Source: an uncultured bacterium (GTDB lineage: Bacteria; Fidelibacterota; Marinisomatia; Marinisomatales; UBA1611). From it: a DNA stretch of 64,000 nucleotides. The notes below the pieces were generated by a model. That model was given only the letters and a program-made list of their open reading frames with translations, was not told the origin of the DNA and made no database searches. Of the stretch, positions 59,097-64,000 are shown piece by piece. The stretch lies in the NCBI GenBank assembly GCA_965660855.1, contig CBFIBM010000001.1:352798-416797 (forward strand), given 5' to 3'. Every line of letters starts with the position of its first letter. The stretch's first letter is position 1. Position numbers and translations under genes: made by a program.

Positions 59097-59174
59097 GGTG
59101 AGTCTCAAAAGAGACCCACCAAAACTGTTATGCTGGTTGGAAGGAGGGTCTAGGAGGGTAACCAGCAAAACAGT
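59097..59174 (-). ncRNA. Candidate structured small RNA with tandem anti-SD loop plus terminator-like hairpin
   Basis: 14-bp stem enclosing ACCCUCCUAGACCCUCCUUCC, then GGUGGGUCUC-UUUU-GAGACUCACC. Confidence 0.55.
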
Positions 59175-59181
59175 AAACCTC

Positions 59182-59730
59182 TTATTCAACCTCTAATTTT
59201 TCCTCTTTTTTAGGTAAAGTTCCCCAATATGTTGGAGTTGTATTTAACATGAAAAATATATTGGAATCTGTTCTATATACATCACTTGATTTGTTTTTTC
59301 TAATATAATTATGCTGAAAATCTTGACCTTTATTCCCAAAAATGACATGAAGCAATTCATTATTTTCTTGATCATATAAAATAAAATGCTTTCCAGTAGA
59401 ATCATCGACTCCAAATTTATCCCATTTTTCTTCTTTAGATGTAATGAGCATCTCTCTTTTAGTTTTTAATATTTTATTGAAAATATTATCGATCTTATTA
59501 TCGTTAATTGCTAGTGAATCATTGCCTGTGATGGTCCAAAGAGTATCCTCTTTAGCAAGTTCTAAAATGTTATTATTTTCAGTTATTTTGATTCTACTTA
59601 TATCTTTTTCATTCCCATCAAAAATCTCAACTGTACTAGCATTATAAGAATCTTGAGATTTCTGATTATATAAAAATAAAAGTAAAATTACTGCAAAGGA
59701 TGCAAGTCCGTATTTAAGTGAATTAGTCAT
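59182..59730 (-). CDS. DUF4340-like protein
   Basis: N-terminal TM; follows gldG-like gene; FGVD..VIFGN..YIRK..DVY. Confidence 0.7.
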   Translation of the reverse strand: MTNSLKYGLASFAVILLLFLYNQKSQDSYNASTVEIFDGNEKDISRIKITENNNILELAKEDTLWTITGNDSLAINDNKIDNIFNKILKTKREMLITSKEEKWDKFGVDDSTGKHFILYDQENNELLHVIFGNKGQDFQHNYIRKNKSSDVYRTDSNIFFMLNTTPTYWGTLPKKEEKLEVE

Positions 59731-61225
59731 ATATTTGTTTTAACATTTCTGCTTTAAATTTTTCTTTTCTAAATCTCCAAAAACCAAAGCTAATTATTAG
59801 AATAGATGGAAGTAGCATATTTATGTATTTCCAATTTTTTTTACTTGAATCATTAATCTCATCTAATGGGCGATTGGTAATTTCTCTAGATCGAAGCGAG
59901 ATTAAATCTTTATCACCTGCAAGGTAATCAACAGAGTTCATTAAAAAAACGAGGTTTCCTTCAACTGACATTCCGCCCTCGTCACTCAAGAATTTAGAAT
60001 CCGAAATAAGGATTATTTCCCCACCTGAATTTAATTTTGATAATGCTGAAACTATTTTACCATTTTGTCCTAATAAATTTAAGAATGGATTTTGTTGAGG
60101 ATCAGGACTTAGAATAAAATTCCCCTCCATAATTCCACTATTATTAGAACTTGTAAAAAGTTCTGTTACACTTGATACATTTTCACTTAAAACTGTATCA
60201 ATCTGTATTTCACTTGGAAAGAAGGGAAGTACCTGTTCTAAATCTGAAACTACTACTTCAGAAAGATTAAAAGAGTCAATCATAGGAAAAAATGGATATT
60301 CCATCGCCCTATTCATCATAAATATTCCTCTTCTTTCTTGAACTTGAACGCTTCCACATTTTTTATCTAAAACCAAATTTTTCTTTAACTCAAGATTATA
60401 GTTTTTTAACAATTGAAAAATATTAGATTCTATGGGTATTGCTTGTTGAGTTTGAATATCTGTTTTTATACCACTCTGAGCGATAAATACCTTTTTACCA
60501 GATTCCAAAAACTTATAAATAGAATTTATGGTATTTTCTTCCACTGAATCTGAGGTTGCACTTAATAATAAAACATCTATATTATCAGGGATTTCATCCC
60601 CCAGGTTTATTTTTCTGAAATTATAGTGCTCATTTAATTGTGAAGAAAGTGTTTGTGTTTTTAACTCATCATCTTTGTCAAGATTTAAAAGCGCTATAGT
60701 TTTTTTATCTGCATTTATAAGGGATTTAATTTTGGTACTTATTGAGTACTCTAAACCCGTTGTGGATTGTATGACTGGCAATATCTCTTTTTTATCTTCA
60801 TACAGTAATACCAAACCTAGGTATACCTTTTTTACAACCATTTCATCATTTTCAATTGCTTGCATTTGGACGGGTTGAATACCATCTTTTCTTGCTTGTT
60901 CTTCTAAATCTTCATCTGACTGAGGATCATGAAAGAAAAAATTTATATCATCGGATTCTGCTCGATATTCCTCAAGAATATCTTGCAAAAAACGACGCGT
61001 ATTTCCTAATTCATTTGGAAGGTTTTCGGAAAAATATACCTTTAATATTAGGCGATCATCTAGTTTAGAAACTATGGATTTACTAGATTTTGAGAGGGAG
61101 TACATTTTATTATCTGTTAAATCAAGTCTAGTAAAAATATCTCTGGAGGTAAGATTTAATAGTATTAACCCAACTGTTAATACAGAAGTGAAAATAATAA
61201 ATGATTTTTTAGTATTGATATTCAT
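59723..61225 (-). CDS. gldG: GldG-like ABC transporter auxiliary subunit
   Basis: RLDLTDNKMYSLS, VYFSENLP, GLEYSIS, LMNSVDYL..LISLRSR. Confidence 0.85.
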   Translation of the reverse strand: MNINTKKSFIIFTSVLTVGLILLNLTSRDIFTRLDLTDNKMYSLSKSSKSIVSKLDDRLILKVYFSENLPNELGNTRRFLQDILEEYRAESDDINFFFHDPQSDEDLEEQARKDGIQPVQMQAIENDEMVVKKVYLGLVLLYEDKKEILPVIQSTTGLEYSISTKIKSLINADKKTIALLNLDKDDELKTQTLSSQLNEHYNFRKINLGDEIPDNIDVLLLSATSDSVEENTINSIYKFLESGKKVFIAQSGIKTDIQTQQAIPIESNIFQLLKNYNLELKKNLVLDKKCGSVQVQERRGIFMMNRAMEYPFFPMIDSFNLSEVVVSDLEQVLPFFPSEIQIDTVLSENVSSVTELFTSSNNSGIMEGNFILSPDPQQNPFLNLLGQNGKIVSALSKLNSGGEIILISDSKFLSDEGGMSVEGNLVFLMNSVDYLAGDKDLISLRSREITNRPLDEINDSSKKNWKYINMLLPSILIISFGFWRFRKEKFKAEMLKQIYD

Positions 61226-61227
61226 AA

Positions 61228-61941
61228 TTAATTCCATTTCCTTGATTCTAATAATTTTGTTGTCAATGTTAAGAAAAATCCGATAATTGACCCAAAATAA
61301 ATAATATTTCTGCTATCAATTACACCCCGTGAAATATTTGATAGATGAAATTCTGTTGATAAGTATTGCACTACACCTGTGAGTGACGTAGGGACAAAAA
61401 TTAATAATTTATCCATCATAAAAAATACCAAAACAATACCTATTCCGATTATAAAAGCGATTACTTGATTCTCTGTTATGCTACTAGCAAAAATACCTAC
61501 TGATGTATAAACACCTGCAAGCAGAGCTAAACCTAAATAACCAGTAAATACTGCGCCATGATCAATATTTGTTGCTACACTTATTAAAGTAAAATAATGA
61601 ACAAATGTTGATAATAGTGCCAATAAAATAAGAGAAAGGCCGGCTAAGTATTTACCTAGAACAATATCTCTCTCTTTTAAAGGTAAAGTAGAGAGTAGTT
61701 CTATTGTACCAATATTTTTTTCTCGAGAAACTAAGCCCATAGATACAGCAGGAATAAAAAAGAGGTAGACTAAGGGTACAATACTAAATAAGGCTCTCAT
61801 ATTAGCCTGATCGTAAAGAAAAAATGTATTGGTAAAGAAGTATCCATTTATTAAAGCAAAAACAACCAAGAAAATGTAAGCCATAGGACTAGTGAAAAAA
61901 GAATTTAATTCTTTTTTATAAATGGTCAATATATTATGCAT
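61228..61941 (-). CDS. gldF: GldF-like ABC transporter permease
   Basis: KELNSFFTSPMAY, EKNIGTIELLSTLP, TENQVIAF, RGVID; ATG 61941 after AAGGAG. Confidence 0.85.
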   Translation of the reverse strand: MHNILTIYKKELNSFFTSPMAYIFLVVFALINGYFFTNTFFLYDQANMRALFSIVPLVYLFFIPAVSMGLVSREKNIGTIELLSTLPLKERDIVLGKYLAGLSLILLALLSTFVHYFTLISVATNIDHGAVFTGYLGLALLAGVYTSVGIFASSITENQVIAFIIGIGIVLVFFMMDKLLIFVPTSLTGVVQYLSTEFHLSNISRGVIDSRNIIYFGSIIGFFLTLTTKLLESRKWN

Positions 61942-62881
61942 TTCCTGAAACTCCTTTACTTGTAAGGTTTCTAAATATATCTTCAAGATTTCTTTTTGAT
62001 TCTGACATTTCTAGAATAATCCATTTATTTCCAACAGCATAATTAAAGATATCTTTGCGTGGATCTGATTTACTTGAATATTCAATTTGCATGGTTACAA
62101 GGTCATTAGTTTTAGTAGTAGCCTTCAGTGTTATGCTTGGAATTTTAGCTTTCATATTTTCAATAGATTCATCATCTGCATTTTCAACGGATAAGGTTAA
62201 GGTAGATAATTCTTTTGCACCATCGATAAGTTCTTTGCTTGTACCATCAGCAATTATTTCACCATCATTTATTATAATTATTCGGTCTACTGTCGCCTGT
62301 ATTTCTTGTAGAATGTGGGAAGACATTAATACAAGTTTCTTTTTACCCACTTTTTTAATTAATTGTCTAATTTCAACGATTTGATTTGGATCTAATCCAG
62401 TTACAGGCTCATCTAATATTAAAATTTTAGGGTCATGAATCATAGCTGCAGCTAAACCAATACGCTGTTTGTAGCCCTTAGAACAATTTCCTATTGTTCT
62501 GTGAACAACACCTTGTAGTCCACATTCATCTACAACTCTATCCAAGGCTTCTTTAAAATCTTCACCAACAATATGTCTTATCTCTGCATTGAATTTAAGA
62601 TATTCATGAACTTTCATTTCTGTGTAGAGTGGGTTAAGCTCGGGTAAATATCCAATTTCTTTTTGAATATCTATGCAATTATCAATTATGTTTTTATCAT
62701 CTACATAGACATTCCCTGATGTAGGTGCAAGGTAGCCAGTTATCATTTTCAATGTTGTACTTTTTCCAGCTCCATTTGCACCTAAGAATCCAACAATCTG
62801 TGCATCACCTAATTCAAATGAGATAGACTTTACGGCTTTTACGTCATCATAATTCTTAGTGAGTTTATCAATTTTAATCAA
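61934..62881 (-). CDS. gldA: GldA-like ABC transporter ATP-binding protein
   Basis: GANGAGKST, SKGYKQRIGLA, ILDEPVTGLDPNQI; TTG start after AAGGAG. Confidence 0.88.
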   Translation of the reverse strand: MIKIDKLTKNYDDVKAVKSISFELGDAQIVGFLGANGAGKSTTLKMITGYLAPTSGNVYVDDKNIIDNCIDIQKEIGYLPELNPLYTEMKVHEYLKFNAEIRHIVGEDFKEALDRVVDECGLQGVVHRTIGNCSKGYKQRIGLAAAMIHDPKILILDEPVTGLDPNQIVEIRQLIKKVGKKKLVLMSSHILQEIQATVDRIIIINDGEIIADGTSKELIDGAKELSTLTLSVENADDESIENMKAKIPSITLKATTKTNDLVTMQIEYSSKSDPRKDIFNYAVGNKWIILEMSESKRNLEDIFRNLTSKGVSGNA

Positions 62882-63046
62882 CTAAAATCTCCTTCTTTTT
62901 CTCTTATAAATGATTTCTTTAAAAAAGTTCCAAAAAATAAGTGCAAAATTTATAAAAAAATTTTAAAATAAAATAGAGATATAATCATGTCTATAATTTT
63001 ATTTTGTGGCAAATATCACTTTGGTTCATCTTTACAATTATATTTC

Positions 63047-63076
63047 TTGACTATTAGCAATTTTGGAAAATATATT
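63047..63076 (+). promoter_or_regulatory. Putative sigma70 promoter for the lysine-rich peptide gene
   Basis: TTGACT-18 nt-TATATT. Confidence 0.4.
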
Positions 63077-63143
63077 CTTTACAGCTGGTTCTATGTAATG
63101 AACTGGTTATGATTAATCATAATAATAAATAAAGGAGAGTTTT

Positions 63144-63353
63144 ATGGCTCGCTTAATTAAATCAGTCATATCTGCTCTATTAATGTTCTCTTTTGTATCA
63201 GTGCTTCCAGCTGAAACCACTGTAACTAATGTAGAAGAGACTGTAGTAGCAAGTGCAGATATCAAGAAAAAGAAGAAAAAAGGTAAGAAAATGAAGAAGA
63301 AGAAGAAAGGAAAGAAGAAAGGTTTCTTTTCCAAAGCTTTTGGTTCTAAGTAA
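63144..63353 (+). CDS. Secreted lysine-rich small protein
   Basis: AAGGAG SD; signal peptide ending VLPA; 16 Lys in 19 residues; own terminator. Confidence 0.8.
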   Translation: MARLIKSVISALLMFSFVSVLPAETTVTNVEETVVASADIKKKKKKGKKMKKKKKGKKKGFFSKAFGSK

Positions 63354-63374
63354 ACCTTCCTTTTCTTAGTATTT

Positions 63375-63406
63375 AAAAAAGGGCGCCACAAGCGCCCTTT
63401 TTTTTT
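63375..63406 (+). terminator. Rho-independent terminator
   Basis: A6-GGGCGC-CACAA-GCGCCC-T9. Confidence 0.9.
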
Positions 63407-63452
63407 ATATAAAAATATCTTATAATTAAAGATTAAATAAAGGCTACTTAGT

Positions 63453-64000
63453 ATGTTTGAATTAAAAAATCATTTATCTGTAATATTATTAATAACATTT
63501 AGTTTTAGTATCGCTCAGGATGTTGATACGACCATGGTCGAAGAAGAAAGTGGTGAAATGTATACCAGTGTTGAGGTAAATTTTTCTGAAGATCAGGGAA
63601 ATACAAACTTTAGATCTTTGTATTATGGGTTTGATTATACTTTAATTGGTGATGCCGGACCACTTAAAGACACTGAATTATTTTTTGGATTTAATAGATC
63701 GGATGATTTGGTTGACGGGGAACCTTTCTCTGATGACCAATCAATAACATTAAAATTTGATATTTTTGCAAATCAAAGGTTCTCTCCGTTTCTATTTTAT
63801 CAGAAAACATTTGATAAAACTACTGGACTTCAAAATAGGCAAAATATAGGTCTTGGTGCCAAGCTTGGTCTTTTTAAATGGTTTTCGGTTAGCTATGCGT
63901 TCCTTTCAGAGACTGAAAAATATGATTCTTTCTATGGATATACTGATTCACTTGCGGCTCCTTATTACAGTTACACCGATTCAGTATGGTATGGTGAATA
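63453..64000 (+). CDS. Exported protein, possibly DUF481-like outer-membrane beta-barrel (3'-truncated)
   Basis: ATG 63453, open to window end; signal peptide MFELKNHLSVILLITFSFSIA; QGNTN, FSPFLF, RQNIGLGAK strands. Confidence 0.55.
   Translation, partial: MFELKNHLSVILLITFSFSIAQDVDTTMVEEESGEMYTSVEVNFSEDQGNTNFRSLYYGFDYTLIGDAGPLKDTELFFGFNRSDDLVDGEPFSDDQSITLKFDIFANQRFSPFLFYQKTFDKTTGLQNRQNIGLGAKLGLFKWFSVSYAFLSETEKYDSFYGYTDSLAAPYYSYTDSVWYGE

Noticed and set aside
58893..59153. 86-aa plus-strand ORF spanning groES and the hairpins
   Set aside because: Antisense shadow of groES with no protein-like features
721..62384. Many 60-110 aa ORFs nested in or antisense to well-supported genes (e.g. 721-921, 4426-4719, 16845-17162, 19848-20171, 27693-28013, 62055-62384)
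   Set aside because: They overlap confidently identified CDSs and lack motifs; treated as shadow ORFs
63113..63391. 92-aa Phe-rich minus-strand ORF
   Set aside because: Reverse complement of the poly-Lys gene; the plus strand has the SD and signal peptide

Overview
An AT-rich, gene-dense bacterial chromosome segment. Several FlgD/Por-type C-terminal sorting domains, GldAFG-like genes, and DUF4294/DUF4920 proteins suggest an FCB-superphylum marine heterotroph, most plausibly Marinimicrobia (inference only). Housekeeping content: rsmI-tmk-ctpA, tRNA-Val, thrS-infC-rpmI-rplT-pheST-zapA-folD, tRNA-Arg, pyrD, trmL, rlpA, cdsA. There is also an ornithine/lysine catabolic block (rocD, ALDH7/pcd, lat), a nuclease/MutT/DinB cluster and many peptidases. 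Four observations stand out. (1) Two ORFs at 2832-4031 join through an in-frame TGA in a U-G-T-C motif followed by a SECIS-like hairpin, giving a probable secreted thioredoxin-fold selenoprotein fused to lamin-tail and sorting domains. (2) A seven-gene operon (47155-53840) pairs a GlmL/MutL-type ATPase with DUF6754-like and other membrane proteins, but no B12 mutase subunits. (3) A two-hairpin candidate sRNA (59097-59174, minus strand) exposes tandem anti-Shine-Dalgarno motifs. (4) A secreted poly-lysine microprotein lies at 63144-63353. No CRISPR array, rRNA, transposase or integrase was seen. All family assignments come from motif recognition by eye, not database searches.
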